Source: an uncultured Bacilli bacterium
GTDB lineage: Bacteria > Bacillota_I > Bacilli_A > RF39 > UBA660
Length of the DNA: 64,000 nucleotides
NCBI GenBank assembly: GCA_947598395.1
Contig: CANQFG010000003.1
Coordinates: 4,178 to 68,177, forward strand
Direction of reading: 5' to 3'
Shown: positions 1 through 10,943 of the stretch, in pieces
How positions within the stretch are numbered: position 1 is the first letter of the stretch
How the letters are laid out: each line of letters begins with the position of its first letter
The notes under the pieces: model-generated
What the model saw: only the letters and a program-made list of their open reading frames with translations
Database searches by the model: none
What the model was told of the DNA's origin: nothing
Made by a program: the position numbers and the translations under genes

Positions 1-21
1 CTAGAGCATCAACTTATATTT

Positions 22-1632
22 TTAAAATATTTTGACGATTTCGATGATATCGGCATCATTTTCATAGTGTCCAATCGTCACTTTATCGCCACTCGTTAAG
101 AAGGCAAGCGCATCGCCCAGTTTAATCGAAGCCACATATTTTTTATTATTAGTACCCGTAATATAGAAATAAGTATTTCCATCTTTAGTTGCCGCTTTGA
201 TACTACTGATCGTAATTTCCTCTTTGGCCAAGAGTTCATCACTTATCTCCTCGGCATAACTACTTAGATATTTTTCAGCTGCCGCCTTGATACCAGCCGT
301 CGAATCAGTGACGACGACCTTTTGATAATCGGCGACATCGACAAAGCCATACATTTTTACGAGACCAGCTGCATCTTTTAAGCTAACCATATACGTCGCT
401 TTGCCATTTAAATTGATCAACAATGGGAACGTCGATTCATAACTCATTTGTTGAACTTGGCCTTCAGCCGAAGCCATGGCACTATATTCTTCGGCGCCCG
501 CAATGCTATAGAATGTCGTAGCACCCGTGCGCAAATTGGAAAGGATAAAACCTAAATTGGATTCATCCGCCAAAACCGAAGTAATACCCGTATACAAATA
601 GATATCATCATTCATAGCTAAATAGTTATAGCCCGACGTCGTATTGACGACATTCTTTTGACCAAAGACACTATTTAAAAATCCGCCATTATAATTGCCC
701 CAGTCATCGACTTGTTCGATAATTAAATCGGGATTGTAGGCATTGTCGACCCATGTTGGAACATCGGCAATATCATACTTGTGAGAATCCCCCGTTACGG
801 GATTGAGAATAACCACACCCGTTACCTTCGTCTTTAAATTGACAGCCGTATAACCATAAGTAGGAACGATCCAATAAGGTTTACCTTCGTTATCAATTTC
901 AAATTTAGCATTGCCAAAAATCGTCGTCGGATAAGTAAAACGCAACTTCCGATAGAGATTTTCATTAAAGAAGGCACTTGGCATATATTTCATGCCCTTA
1001 TCTAAGCGTATTAACTTAGCTTCACCACTTACCGAATTAACAGTAATATAGCCTTTAACTCCCGTCTTGCGATTGGCAAACCATTTGATTAAATCCGCAT
1101 ATTCAAGGGGCGTAACCCGCAAGATATCATTATTATAATTTATCTGCGTATATTGATTAGATACATAGTATTGACTAACCAAATCATTCATTTGACCCAT
1201 GACGCGATCTCCAAGTTTTTCACTGGAATCCCGATCGATTAAGGGCAATGTTTGAAAATCCACTTCTTCGATATCTTCATTAAAATTACCCGTTTCATCG
1301 ATAACGATACGATGAGCATAACTAGCAGCATTGAATAAGGGACTAGAAGCAATATCGAGTACGATTATACCACCAATGATAATAAGGGCTAGGATAATTG
1401 GAATAGTCAAAGAAATTGGCATCGTATCCCTTTTCCGTCTACTAAAAATAAGTGTCTTTTCCGTCAAAGTTAAAACGGCAATCGTCAACGTAACGATAGC
1501 TAAAATAACTAATACGAAGAACCAAAACGCGAATGACGTAATATTGATAGGTGGCAAGATAAAATAATAATAAATACCTATAAATACTACATCAAAGATA
1601 ATTCCACATAATATTTTTAATCCTCTTTGCAT
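22..1632 (-). CDS. Membrane protein with N-terminal TM helices and a large extracytoplasmic domain; function unknown
   Basis: From ORF 22..1665. Start trimmed to the ATG at 1632 (MQRGLK...), which follows an AGAGGTGAAAG RBS. Hydrophobic segments lie in the first ~110 aa. I recognise no family motif. Confidence 0.6.
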   Translation of the reverse strand: MQRGLKILCGIIFDVVFIGIYYYFILPPINITSFAFWFFVLVILAIVTLTIAVLTLTEKTLIFSRRKRDTMPISLTIPIILALIIIGGIIVLDIASSPLFNAASYAHRIVIDETGNFNEDIEEVDFQTLPLIDRDSSEKLGDRVMGQMNDLVSQYYVSNQYTQINYNNDILRVTPLEYADLIKWFANRKTGVKGYITVNSVSGEAKLIRLDKGMKYMPSAFFNENLYRKLRFTYPTTIFGNAKFEIDNEGKPYWIVPTYGYTAVNLKTKVTGVVILNPVTGDSHKYDIADVPTWVDNAYNPDLIIEQVDDWGNYNGGFLNSVFGQKNVVNTTSGYNYLAMNDDIYLYTGITSVLADESNLGFILSNLRTGATTFYSIAGAEEYSAMASAEGQVQQMSYESTFPLLINLNGKATYMVSLKDAAGLVKMYGFVDVADYQKVVVTDSTAGIKAAAEKYLSSYAEEISDELLAKEEITISSIKAATKDGNTYFYITGTNNKKYVASIKLGDALAFLTSGDKVTIGHYENDADIIEIVKIF

Positions 1633-1752
1633 AATACTTTCACCTCTTAAGCTAATTATACACATTTAGATAACTAAATAGCAACTATTATAACTTAAAT
1701 AACTACTTAAATTAATATTTATATGATATGATATTAACCGAGGAAAAAAATT

Positions 1753-2676
1753 ATGTTTAAAAACACTTTAGATAATAAAAGATATTATACCCTAAACTAT
1801 TTTTATCGGAAGACTTTTCATTCCAAAGTCTTTAAAGTCAGTTTAAATGGCGGTTTTAGTTGCCCCAATATCGATGGTACTGTAGGATATGGTGGCTGTA
1901 TATTCTGTCATAATGGCAGTGGGGTCTCCACGGAAAATTCTAATCTCATCGAACAATTCAATGAAGTCAAAGATACTTTACATAAAAAATGGCCCGAAGC
2001 TAAATATATCGGTTATTTTCAAGTAAATACCAATACTTATGATCGCGTCGATAGATTAAGGGAACGCTACGAAAGAATCTTAAAACTCGATAATGTCATC
2101 GGCTTAAATATTGCTACCCGCAGTGATGCCATAAGTGATGAAGTATTAGAGTACTTAAAGGATCTCAATAAAAGGACTTTTTTAACGATTGAACTCGGTC
2201 TTCAATCGATGCATGATACGACATTAAAATTGATCAATCGCGGCCATGATTTAAAGAATTTTGAAGAATGCGTTCAAAAACTCAAAGCGGCCAATATCAA
2301 CGTCGTCGTCCATATTATCAATGGTCTTCCCTATGAAACCGAAGAAATGATGCTTGAAACTGCCAAATATTTAAATAAACTCCACATCGATGGCATCAAA
2401 ATTCACATGTTGCATATCATAAAAAATACGCCCTTAGCAGCCATGTATGAAAGGGAAAAATTTCATATTTTGACCAAAGAAGAATATATCGATATCGTCA
2501 TCAAACAACTCGAATATTTAAATGAAGATATCGTCATTCATCGCATTACGGGCGATCCAATCAAAGAGGAACTCGTTGCTCCGACATGGTTGCTAAAAAA
2601 ATTTTGTGTCCTAAATGATATCGATAAAGAGATGGTTCGCCGCGATACTTATCAAGGAAAAAAGATACCTAATTAG
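1753..2676 (+). CDS. Radical SAM protein, TIGR01212-like (YtqA-type)
   Basis: N-terminal cysteine cluster CPNIDGTVGYGGCIFC. Length (307 aa) and overall pattern are typical of the TIGR01212 family. GAGGA RBS lies 8 nt upstream of the ATG. Confidence 0.8.
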   Translation: MFKNTLDNKRYYTLNYFYRKTFHSKVFKVSLNGGFSCPNIDGTVGYGGCIFCHNGSGVSTENSNLIEQFNEVKDTLHKKWPEAKYIGYFQVNTNTYDRVDRLRERYERILKLDNVIGLNIATRSDAISDEVLEYLKDLNKRTFLTIELGLQSMHDTTLKLINRGHDLKNFEECVQKLKAANINVVVHIINGLPYETEEMMLETAKYLNKLHIDGIKIHMLHIIKNTPLAAMYEREKFHILTKEEYIDIVIKQLEYLNEDIVIHRITGDPIKEELVAPTWLLKKFCVLNDIDKEMVRRDTYQGKKIPN

Positions 2677-2684
2677 ATATCTTT

Positions 2685-3611
2685 TTAAATTTGATTAGGA
2701 TCAATACCCTCTTTTTTGAGCATTTCGGCAAAGCGTACTTTAAAGTCAGCTATGGCCTTTTCCTTAGCATCATCATAGATGGCATTCGTATTCTTCATAG
2801 CTAAATAGATGTGCTTCAAAGTCACCTGTGTACCATTTTCAAATACGGCATAACTAAAAGCCGATGATATAATGGTCAAACATATATCGGGATAACGATT
2901 TTGTACTTCATAAATACGCTTATATTCACTCGTATATTCCACTAACCAGGTAAATATCCGTTCCAATTGAAATTCCGTATATTCAAGTTTAACGCCCATT
3001 TGTTTTTCAAATTTGGGGATCGTTCCTATGAGAATCTTGACGACATCTTCCCCTTGCGATTCTGCGACATCAATTTTGATAAATCTTCGCACAAAAGCCC
3101 GATCGCGCAAAATATATTGTTCGTATTCTTCCGTCGTCGTGGCCCCAATCATCAAGATTCGGCCCCGATCGAGATAAGGCTTTAACATATTCGCAAAATC
3201 AAATTCGACATTGGCTTGATTTTTAGCAACTAATAGATGTACTTCATCGATAAAGAGAATCGTCTTTTCGATATTATCTATTTCATTAATCAATAATTGC
3301 AATTTCGATACTTCAACTCCACCGACATTGATCTTACCCAATAAGGCCGGTAAATTGATTTTAATTATCCGCCATCCTTGAAGCGCATTTGGCACTTGAT
3401 TTAAACGAATACGATAGGCAAGGCCTTCGACTAAGGCCGTTTTACCTATTCCCGGTTTTCCAACCAATAAAGCACTTTTATCCGGAGTAATAAGCGTTAA
3501 AATAATTTTATTGATCTCTTCATCGCGAGCAATAGCTGGATTAGTAATATATTCCTTATCCGTCAATATCTCGCCATACATAGTAATTATACTTGGAGTT
3601 TCCGTATTCAT
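2685..3611 (-). CDS. Stand-alone AAA+ ATPase resembling Clp/Hsp100 nucleotide-binding domain 1 only
   Basis: Walker A is LVGKPGIGKTALVEGLAYRI and Walker B is ILFIDEVHLL. LKPYLDRGRILMIGATTTEEYEQYILRDRAFVRRF matches the ClpA/B/C D1 sensor region. Start trimmed to the ATG at 3611, because the GTG at 3620 sits inside the AGGTGA RBS. Confidence 0.75.
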   Translation of the reverse strand: MNTETPSIITMYGEILTDKEYITNPAIARDEEINKIILTLITPDKSALLVGKPGIGKTALVEGLAYRIRLNQVPNALQGWRIIKINLPALLGKINVGGVEVSKLQLLINEIDNIEKTILFIDEVHLLVAKNQANVEFDFANMLKPYLDRGRILMIGATTTEEYEQYILRDRAFVRRFIKIDVAESQGEDVVKILIGTIPKFEKQMGVKLEYTEFQLERIFTWLVEYTSEYKRIYEVQNRYPDICLTIISSAFSYAVFENGTQVTLKHIYLAMKNTNAIYDDAKEKAIADFKVRFAEMLKKEGIDPNQI

Positions 3612-3711
3612 TAATCTCACCTTTTAATATTATATCACGTATATTTTTTTTATTAAACAACTAGAACACTATTCTTAAAATTATGCTCTTTCATATATTT
3701 ATATAGGTGAT

Positions 3712-4209
3712 ATGATGCTTATTCTCTTCGGAATGATTTTTACTTTAGTAGTTGGTATTATCGGGCATTTTCTCTATGATTTTACAAATAAGAATAAACT
3801 TATTGGCTTTTTCTTTGCCAAAGATGAATCCGTTTGGTCCCATCTTAAACTGGGAATTACGCCGACAATTATATGGAGTATTGTCGAAAAAATCAAACTT
3901 ATCGACAATGCCAATGTTTGGGCCATCACGGGCATTTCCCTCTTCGTCTTTTCTATTATAATTATTATTTTCTATTATTTAGAAAAAGTAATCATAAAAA
4001 AGGATATTGCTATTTACAATATCTCCCTCTTTATCGTCGCCGTCATAGCAGAATATATAACTAGTTTTTTATTGTTTAACATGATATCTTTATCATTAAT
4101 TATCAAAATACTCGGTTATTTAAATTTAGTAATTATTTTCTTACTCTATCTTTATAGTGAAATTTTTAAACCCAATTTTACGATCTTTAAAAGATTTAGA
4201 TTGATATAA
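3712..4209 (+). CDS. Small polytopic membrane protein, unknown function
   Basis: 165-aa ORF with about 5 hydrophobic helices. AGGTGA lies upstream. No recognisable motif. Confidence 0.5.
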   Translation: MMLILFGMIFTLVVGIIGHFLYDFTNKNKLIGFFFAKDESVWSHLKLGITPTIIWSIVEKIKLIDNANVWAITGISLFVFSIIIIIFYYLEKVIIKKDIAIYNISLFIVAVIAEYITSFLLFNMISLSLIIKILGYLNLVIIFLLYLYSEIFKPNFTIFKRFRLI

Positions 4210-5089
4210 GACTATTAGTATTACCACCAACGACCGTATAGCAATCATTGGAAATGAGCTCGCCCTTTTTATCGATAGTTATAAGTTCATGTTTTAAATC
4301 ATAAAACCGATCACTTGGTACGACACACATGATTACTTTGCGCTTGAATATGCCAATGCCATTTGTCGATTCGATAAGGGTATAGCCAACTTCCAAGTCA
4401 TTAGTTAAGTATTCTTCAATTAAATTTATATGATTGGTCTTAATAAAACATATTTTACTATCTGACATTCCCAAAATTGTTCGATCAGTCATGAAATTTT
4501 GCACTTTTAAATAGACGATGGCATATAGAGTATTTTCGACGCCAAATATGGCAGCTCCGAGCAAAATGATAATCGTATTGACGATATTAGAAATATAGGC
4601 CGTGGGAAAGGGAAAATATTCTTGGGCAATGGAAACGATGGAGTCCGACCCTCCTGTATTAAATCCCGTTCGATATACTAAGCCAAAACCAATTCCTTGA
4701 ATAGCACCATATATGATAACGGATAAAAGATAACTATCTCCCGTAAAGGAAAAATACTTGGCAATGGGCTCCGTCAAAGTAATCATGAGGGCATAAAAGC
4801 CATAGCCAATGACGGCATAACTCGTCTTCTTAGCTCCTATTAAAAAGTATGATATGACAATCAATAATAATGTCGAAAAGGTAATAAAAGTCGTAGCTTT
4901 TATGGCGAATATCTTTTGAGCAACGATGGCAAGACCAGTCATACCACCATAAACGAGATTATTAGGCTCGACAAAGGCATTATAAATTAAGCCCGCAATA
5001 AAGGAACCAATTGCCAAATAGATCAATCGATTGACACGATTATTGGTACGAACCCGTTCCAAAAGATTTTCATAATAGGCATTCTTCAT
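4196..5089 (-). CDS. YitT-family membrane protein (DUF161 repeats plus C-terminal DUF2179-like domain)
   Basis: Motifs GGMTGLAIV and NTGGSD, multiple TM helices and a soluble C-terminal ~80 aa. Start trimmed to the ATG at 5089 (MKNAYY...) after an AGGTGAGG RBS. Confidence 0.75.
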   Translation of the reverse strand: MKNAYYENLLERVRTNNRVNRLIYLAIGSFIAGLIYNAFVEPNNLVYGGMTGLAIVAQKIFAIKATTFITFSTLLLIVISYFLIGAKKTSYAVIGYGFYALMITLTEPIAKYFSFTGDSYLLSVIIYGAIQGIGFGLVYRTGFNTGGSDSIVSIAQEYFPFPTAYISNIVNTIIILLGAAIFGVENTLYAIVYLKVQNFMTDRTILGMSDSKICFIKTNHINLIEEYLTNDLEVGYTLIESTNGIGIFKRKVIMCVVPSDRFYDLKHELITIDKKGELISNDCYTVVGGNTNSLISI

Positions 5090-5147
5090 AGCCTCACCTA
5101 TTATTATTGTAATAGTTTTATTTTTTATTGTCAAAATAAAGTTATAG

Positions 5148-6599
5148 TTACTTAGCTGGAGCTAAGACAAGACGCGAACCACCACCCTCATACACTTTAC
5201 CAGTCCATTCAGCAAAGGCGAACTGCCCCAAAAGGACTCCATATCCGGAAAGGCCACCACGAAGGAACCAAGGGCTTGTAGAATGAATAAAATTAGACCA
5301 GTCAGCATACCAACTATTGTGGTAGCGATAAGTATTATCAGTATCTTCAAAAGATTTAAATGGCCCCATCTCTCCTGTGGCATCTCCAAGGATCATGTAC
5401 TGATAAGTAGTTACTGTACTGGATGCATTATAGGAGTCGTAATATTTACTATCATATTGATCTTCAAGTGTTGCTTTATTAAAGGTACTTCCGCCATAAG
5501 TTCCAGATCGATATGCGGCCATATATTCCCAGGTACATCCGCTCATGTCATAAACACCGGTGATATTTCCCGTGGTACTTGCTCGATACCCATTCTCCGT
5601 ATTCCATAGGGTATTATAATTTGTTCCTTCTCCGTATACGCCAGGAAAAACACTTTGATAATGATCAGCAAGCGCGCTATATCCTGTTTTATATGTACTA
5701 TTATTGTTGATGTTTATTTCTCTATCAATTCCATATTGTGAATGACTTAAATAGGCAACTGCTCCCCACTCCGTATTTTTCATCATATGTGAATCTAAAT
5801 CACGTTCATAATTGTATGCTGCTTCAAACATATTTCTTACTGTGCTATTTCGCCATAAATAAACATCCGGTTTTACTATTAATTTACTAGAATCATTAAC
5901 ATTATAGTTACTCGTGGTACCATTATAGCCAGTTACAAATTTACCTACCCAAAAGCCATCTACTCCAAATGAGATAAATGCAGGATGTGTCATATATTCC
6001 CCATTTGAACATGAACCAATCTCTCCACTTTTCATCGGTGTTTCACATGATTCGCCGGAAATATCGGTTGTATTGGTTGTATCAAAGATAATGTTGATTG
6101 AATGAGCTTGTTTTAATGCTCCAACACTATTTAGTCCATTTACTTTGACATTCCATAATTGATATTGATATTTTGGTATCCAGACAAAATAACTTTCAAT
6201 ATCAGCATCATTTATTTCGGAACCAACTTGATATTTTTGAGCATCGGCCGAATCACTTAGAATTACCGCATTGGCCCATTTCTTCTCACAATAATCGTAC
6301 CAACTTGGATCATTTTCACTTACTACTGTCGCTTTTCCATCATCAGATAAAATAATGGGAATAAGTTTTTCACCAGTTCCTAAATTAGGCTTTGCAACAT
6401 TATTACATGAATCATAAGTATTACTTCCTTTGTTTTTATATAAATCATTTAAAGCATCTTCTACCGTATCGACATCCCATGTTGTATCTTTAGAAGTATA
6501 TTCGATATCTTTCGCATTACATAAACTTATAGCTACCACACTTATCGTACTTAAAGATAGTCCTAATATAAAAGCTAATATTACTTTCTTCATGTTCAT
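5148..6599 (-). CDS. Secreted or membrane-anchored protein with a C-terminal FGE/SUMF1-like (DUF323) domain
   Basis: N-terminal signal/anchor MKKVILAFILGLSLSTISVVAISLC. GVYDMSGCTWEYM resembles the GxYDMxGNVWEW motif of formylglycine-generating-enzyme-like domains. NTEWGAVAY and WFLRGG also fit that domain. Confidence 0.6.
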   Translation of the reverse strand: MNMKKVILAFILGLSLSTISVVAISLCNAKDIEYTSKDTTWDVDTVEDALNDLYKNKGSNTYDSCNNVAKPNLGTGEKLIPIILSDDGKATVVSENDPSWYDYCEKKWANAVILSDSADAQKYQVGSEINDADIESYFVWIPKYQYQLWNVKVNGLNSVGALKQAHSINIIFDTTNTTDISGESCETPMKSGEIGSCSNGEYMTHPAFISFGVDGFWVGKFVTGYNGTTSNYNVNDSSKLIVKPDVYLWRNSTVRNMFEAAYNYERDLDSHMMKNTEWGAVAYLSHSQYGIDREININNNSTYKTGYSALADHYQSVFPGVYGEGTNYNTLWNTENGYRASTTGNITGVYDMSGCTWEYMAAYRSGTYGGSTFNKATLEDQYDSKYYDSYNASSTVTTYQYMILGDATGEMGPFKSFEDTDNTYRYHNSWYADWSNFIHSTSPWFLRGGLSGYGVLLGQFAFAEWTGKVYEGGGSRLVLAPAK

Positions 6600-6636
6600 T
6601 TTGCTCCTATTTTTTCTCTATCTTCAATGTATCGCA

Positions 6637-6645
6637 CCCCCCCCC
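6637..6645 (-). repeat. Homopolymer tract, C9 on the plus strand (G9 in the sense of the downstream gene)
   Basis: Direct count of 9 consecutive C, 38-46 nt upstream of the ATG at 6599. A run this long of G/C is conspicuous in this AT-rich sequence. Confidence 0.9.
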
Positions 6646-6669
6646 AGTTGCAGCTTTTTCAACAAAAAT

Positions 6670-6693
6670 AAAAACCCACCGAAGTGAGTTTTT
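6670..6693 (-). terminator. Rho-independent terminator downstream of tuf
   Basis: Minus strand reads AAAAACTCAC-TTCG-GTGGGTTTTT followed by a T-rich run. Confidence 0.7.
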
Positions 6694-6713
6694 ATAAGGT
6701 ATATATTTCTTAA

Positions 6714-7883
6714 TTATTCAATAATTTCAGAAACAACACCAGAACCAACTGTTCTACCACCTTCACGGATAGAGAACTTAGTTCCTTGTTCAATAGCAAC
6801 TGTAGCAATTAAGTCAACAGTAATATCTACGTTATCACCAGGCATAACCATTTCAACTCCAGCAGGTAATTCGATAACACCTGTAACATCAGTAGTTCTA
6901 AAGTAGAATTGAGGTCTGTAGTTTGTGAAGAATGGAGTATGACGTCCACCTTCTTCTTTAGTTAGAACGTAAACTGCAGCTTTGAATTTATGATGAGGTG
7001 TAACTGAACCTGGTTTAGCTAATACTTGACCACGTTCTACGTCTTCACGAGCAATACCACGAAGTAATACACCAGCATTATCTCCTGATTCAGCATAATC
7101 AAGTGATTTTCTGAACATTTCGATACCAGTAACTACTGTCTTTCTCGTATCCTTTAATCCGACGATTTCAACTTCATCATTAAGATTTAATCTACCACGT
7201 TCTACACGTCCAGTAACAACTGTACCACGTCCAGAAATAGTAAATACGTCTTCAATACTCATTAAGAATGGTTTGTCAGTATCTCTTTCAGGTGTATCGA
7301 TATAGTTATCAACAGCATCCATTAAGTCGTGGATAGATTTAACAGCTTCAGGATCACCTTCAAGAGCCTTCAATGCAGATCCTCTAATAACTGGACAATC
7401 TGAATCGAATCCATATTCTCCTAATAATTCTCTGATTTCCATTTCTACTAAATCAAGAATTTCAGGATCGTCTACCATATCGCATTTATTCATATAAACA
7501 ACGATCTTAGGTACACCAACTTGTCTTGATAGTAAGATATGTTCTCTTGTTTGTGGCATAGCACCATCAGCAGCAGATACAACTAGAATAGCACCATCCA
7601 TTTGTGCAGCACCAGTAATCATGTTCTTAACATAGTCAGCATGTCCTGGGCAGTCTACGTGAGCATAATGTCTCTTAGCCGTTTCATACTCAACGTGAGC
7701 AGTATTGATAGTAATACCACGTTCTCTTTCTTCTGGAGCGCTATCGATTGCAGCATAATCCATGAAGACTTTAGAGAATTCTTTAGAAATTGCAGCTGTT
7801 AATGTCGTTTTACCATGGTCGACATGTCCAATAGTACCAATATTAACATGTGGTTTACTACGATCAAATTTTTCTCTTGTCAT
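6714..7883 (-). CDS. tuf: Elongation factor Tu
   Basis: [18 protein letters not shown] and NKCD GTPase motifs, with full-length similarity to EF-Tu. AGGAGGAAG RBS. Confidence 0.98.
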   Translation of the reverse strand: MTREKFDRSKPHVNIGTIGHVDHGKTTLTAAISKEFSKVFMDYAAIDSAPEERERGITINTAHVEYETAKRHYAHVDCPGHADYVKNMITGAAQMDGAILVVSAADGAMPQTREHILLSRQVGVPKIVVYMNKCDMVDDPEILDLVEMEIRELLGEYGFDSDCPVIRGSALKALEGDPEAVKSIHDLMDAVDNYIDTPERDTDKPFLMSIEDVFTISGRGTVVTGRVERGRLNLNDEVEIVGLKDTRKTVVTGIEMFRKSLDYAESGDNAGVLLRGIAREDVERGQVLAKPGSVTPHHKFKAAVYVLTKEEGGRHTPFFTNYRPQFYFRTTDVTGVIELPAGVEMVMPGDNVDITVDLIATVAIEQGTKFSIREGGRTVGSGVVSEIIE

Positions 7884-7959
7884 AATTTCTTCCTCCTAAT
7901 TTCTTTTTATAACAAAAATATTGTATCTAATTCTTGATATTAAATCAAGTAATTATTCA

Positions 7960-10032
7960 TTAATTTACGCTGTTTTTCTTAATTATTTCTTCAGCAATAG
8001 ATTTTGGAACTTCTTCATAATGGTCTTTCTCCATTTGGAAGTTTCCACGACCTTGGGTATTACTTCTCAAGTCCGTAGCATATCCAAACATTTCGGATAA
8101 TGGAACCATAGCTGTAATTCGCAAAATCGTTCCAATTGATTCTTGTCCAAGCGGACGTCCGCGACGACTAGTTAAGTCGCCCATGACATTACCCATATAT
8201 TCTTCAGGTACATCGACAACGACCTTCATTATTGGCTCAAGTAAAACCGCCTTACATTTATTCTTAGCTTCCTTTAAAGCAAGAGAAGCAGCAATTTTAA
8301 AGGCCATTTCTGATGAGTCGACATCGTGATATGATCCATCGAATAAGGTTGCTTTGACATCAACAACTGGATAACCAGCCAAGATACCACCTTGCATAGC
8401 TTCTTGTAAGCCCTTATCCGTTACTGGAATATATTCGCGGGGAACGATACCACCGACAATGCCATCGACAAATTCATAACCCTTGCCCGGATTTGGTTCA
8501 AAGCGAACCCAAACATGACCATATTGACCACGTCCACCGGATTGCTTAATATACTTACCTTCGCATTCGCCAGCGCAAGTAATCGTCTCACGATAGGCAA
8601 CTTGTGGTTTACCTTTATTGCATTCGACATTGAATTCGCGCTTCATCCGATCGACGATGATATCCAAGTGTAATTCACCCATACCGGATAATACGGTTTG
8701 ACCCGTTTCAGCATCGGTCTTAACACGTAAAGTTGGATCCTCTTCGACGAGTTTTTGAAGGGCTAAAGCCATCTTATCTTGATCATTTTTACTCTTTGGT
8801 TCAATGGCAATATCGATAACTGGTTCTGGGAATTCCATACCCTTCATGATACATGGATTCTTTTCATCACATAAGGTATCAGCGGTCGTCGTATTTTTTA
8901 AGCCAACAGCCGCAGCAATTTCACCAGCATAAACTTCGTTAATTTCCTTACGTTGATTGGCATGCATTTGTAAGATCCTACCAATTCTTTCTTTCTCGTT
9001 CTTCGTCGAGTTCAAGACATATGAACCACTAGTAAGAACACCCGAATAGACCCGGAAGAAAGAAAGTCTTCCAACAAATGGATCAGTCATAATTTTGAAA
9101 GCTAAGGCCGTAAATGGTTCCGAATCACTTGGATGACGCAAGACATCATTGCCATTTCTATCGACACATTCAATAGCTTGAACATCAGTTGGAGCTGGCA
9201 AATAGTCGACAACGGCATCAAGTAATGGTTTAATACCTTGATTACTTAGGGCATCGGCACAGACAACTGGGAAGAATTTAACAGATAATGTCGCTTTACG
9301 AATCGCACTCTTTAATTCTTCAGCACCAATTTCCTCACCATCTAAATATTTGATCATCAAATCTTCATCAAAATCGGCAACAGCTTCGATCAACTTATTG
9401 CGGTATTCCTTAGCCTTTTCGACTAAATCATCCGGAATCGGAATTTCCGTCGCATTTTCATGCTCAGTTCCATCGAATTCACAAGCCGTCATCGTAACAA
9501 GATTGACGACGCCATGGAATTCTGATTCTGCACCAATAGGCAATTCAATAGGAGCAGCATTGGCCCCTAAACGGTCTTTAATCGTCTTTAAACTATAGTA
9601 ATAGTCAGCACCAATTTTTCCCATCTTATTAGCACAGATAATTCTCGGTACATTATATTCATTAGCTTGGCGCCAAACGGTTTCCGTTTGGGGTTCAACA
9701 CCAGCTTGGGCATCTAGTAAAGCAACCGCACCATCTAAAACTCGCAAACTTCTTTGAACTTCGATCGTGAAGTCGACATGGCCCGGAGTATCGATAATAT
9801 TTAAACGATACCCTTTCCAATGGCAAGTCGTAGCAGCACTGGTAATCGTGATACCCCGTTCCTTCTCTTGATCCATCCAGTCCATTTGGGATTCGCCATC
9901 ATGCGTCTCACCAATCTTATGAGTAATACCCGTATGGAATAAGATTCTTTCCGTTGTAGTTGTCTTTCCGGCATCGATATGAGCCATGATACCAATATTT
10001 CTTATTTTATCAATTGTAACATCTCTTGCCAT
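7960..10032 (-). CDS. fusA: Elongation factor G
   Basis: [20 protein letters not shown] and NKMD motifs. 690 aa. Sits in the rpsL-rpsG-fusA-tuf order. Confidence 0.98.
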   Translation of the reverse strand: MARDVTIDKIRNIGIMAHIDAGKTTTTERILFHTGITHKIGETHDGESQMDWMDQEKERGITITSAATTCHWKGYRLNIIDTPGHVDFTIEVQRSLRVLDGAVALLDAQAGVEPQTETVWRQANEYNVPRIICANKMGKIGADYYYSLKTIKDRLGANAAPIELPIGAESEFHGVVNLVTMTACEFDGTEHENATEIPIPDDLVEKAKEYRNKLIEAVADFDEDLMIKYLDGEEIGAEELKSAIRKATLSVKFFPVVCADALSNQGIKPLLDAVVDYLPAPTDVQAIECVDRNGNDVLRHPSDSEPFTALAFKIMTDPFVGRLSFFRVYSGVLTSGSYVLNSTKNEKERIGRILQMHANQRKEINEVYAGEIAAAVGLKNTTTADTLCDEKNPCIMKGMEFPEPVIDIAIEPKSKNDQDKMALALQKLVEEDPTLRVKTDAETGQTVLSGMGELHLDIIVDRMKREFNVECNKGKPQVAYRETITCAGECEGKYIKQSGGRGQYGHVWVRFEPNPGKGYEFVDGIVGGIVPREYIPVTDKGLQEAMQGGILAGYPVVDVKATLFDGSYHDVDSSEMAFKIAASLALKEAKNKCKAVLLEPIMKVVVDVPEEYMGNVMGDLTSRRGRPLGQESIGTILRITAMVPLSEMFGYATDLRSNTQGRGNFQMEKDHYEEVPKSIAEEIIKKNSVN

Positions 10033-10039
10033 ACTTTAC

Positions 10040-10507
10040 CTACCATCTATAATGTGCAAATGCTTTATTAGCTTCGGCCATTCTGTGAGTATCTTCACGT
10101 TTCTTGACCGCTCCGCCAACCCCGTTTGCAGCATCCATTATTTCATTGGCTAAATTAGTAGCCATACCATTGCCATTTCTCAATCTGGCATAATTAACCA
10201 ACCACCGTAACGCCAATGTTTGGGCACGATCATCGCTAACTTCGATTGGTACTTGAATATTTGATCCACCAACCCGACGCGATTTTACTTCTAAAGCTGG
10301 TTTAATATTTTCAAGCGCTTTGTTATATACTTCGATAGGATCTTGTCCCGTTTTTTCTCGAATTATTTCAAAAGCCCCATATAAAATCTTTTCAGCCGTA
10401 CCTTTTTTACCATCTTTCATGATAGCATTGATTAATTTAGTAACGATCTTCGATTTATAAATAGGGTCTGGTAAAACATCACGCTTAACAGCACGTCTTT
10501 TACGCAT
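10040..10507 (-). CDS. rpsG: 30S ribosomal protein S7
   Basis: [14 protein letters not shown]... and the C-terminal AFAHYRW are typical of S7. Position is in the str operon. Confidence 0.97.
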   Translation of the reverse strand: MRKRRAVKRDVLPDPIYKSKIVTKLINAIMKDGKKGTAEKILYGAFEIIREKTGQDPIEVYNKALENIKPALEVKSRRVGGSNIQVPIEVSDDRAQTLALRWLVNYARLRNGNGMATNLANEIMDAANGVGGAVKKREDTHRMAEANKAFAHYRW

Positions 10508-10529
10508 TTTATTTCCTCCTTATTTTATT

Positions 10530-10943
10530 TTATTTCTTTGGTTTTTTCGTTCCGTATTTACTTCTACCTTTTTTACGTTCATTAACACCTTGTGTATCTA
10601 ATGCTCCACGAATAATATGATAACGAACACCGATTAAGTCTTTAACACGTCCACCACGAATAAGTACAACACTATGCTCTTGTAAGTTATGTCCTTCACC
10701 TGGAATATATGTATCGACTTCACGGCCATTAGATAGTCTAACACGCGCATATTTACGCAATGCTGAGTTTGGTTTCTTTGGAGTCTTAGTACCAACCCGT
10801 GTACAAACCCCACGCATTTGTGGATGATTCGTATTAGTGGCTTTTCTCTCCATAGAATTGAAACCAAAATTTAGCACTGGGCTCTTTTGCTTTCTAACTT
10901 TCTTAGATCTACCTTTTCTTACTAATTGGTTAATAGTAGTCAT
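10530..10943 (-). CDS. rpsL: 30S ribosomal protein S12
   Basis: [12 protein letters not shown]... and [10 protein letters not shown] motifs. Start trimmed to the ATG at 10943 after an AGGGAGA RBS. Confidence 0.97.
   Translation of the reverse strand: MTTINQLVRKGRSKKVRKQKSPVLNFGFNSMERKATNTNHPQMRGVCTRVGTKTPKKPNSALRKYARVRLSNGREVDTYIPGEGHNLQEHSVVLIRGGRVKDLIGVRYHIIRGALDTQGVNERKKGRSKYGTKKPKK

Noticed and set aside
3612-3620. N-terminal extensions in the ORF track that begin at a GTG or TTG. Examples are at 3620, 5134, 10970, 17010, 18398, 26331, 34284, 41122, 45324 and 51575.
   Set aside because: In most of these cases the GTG is the GTG inside the AGGTGA RBS of the real downstream ATG/GTG start. 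At 5134 it is a TTG, and at 10970, 26331 and 51575 it is an upstream in-frame start. In every case I trimmed the CDS to the start codon with proper 4-10 nt spacing from the RBS.
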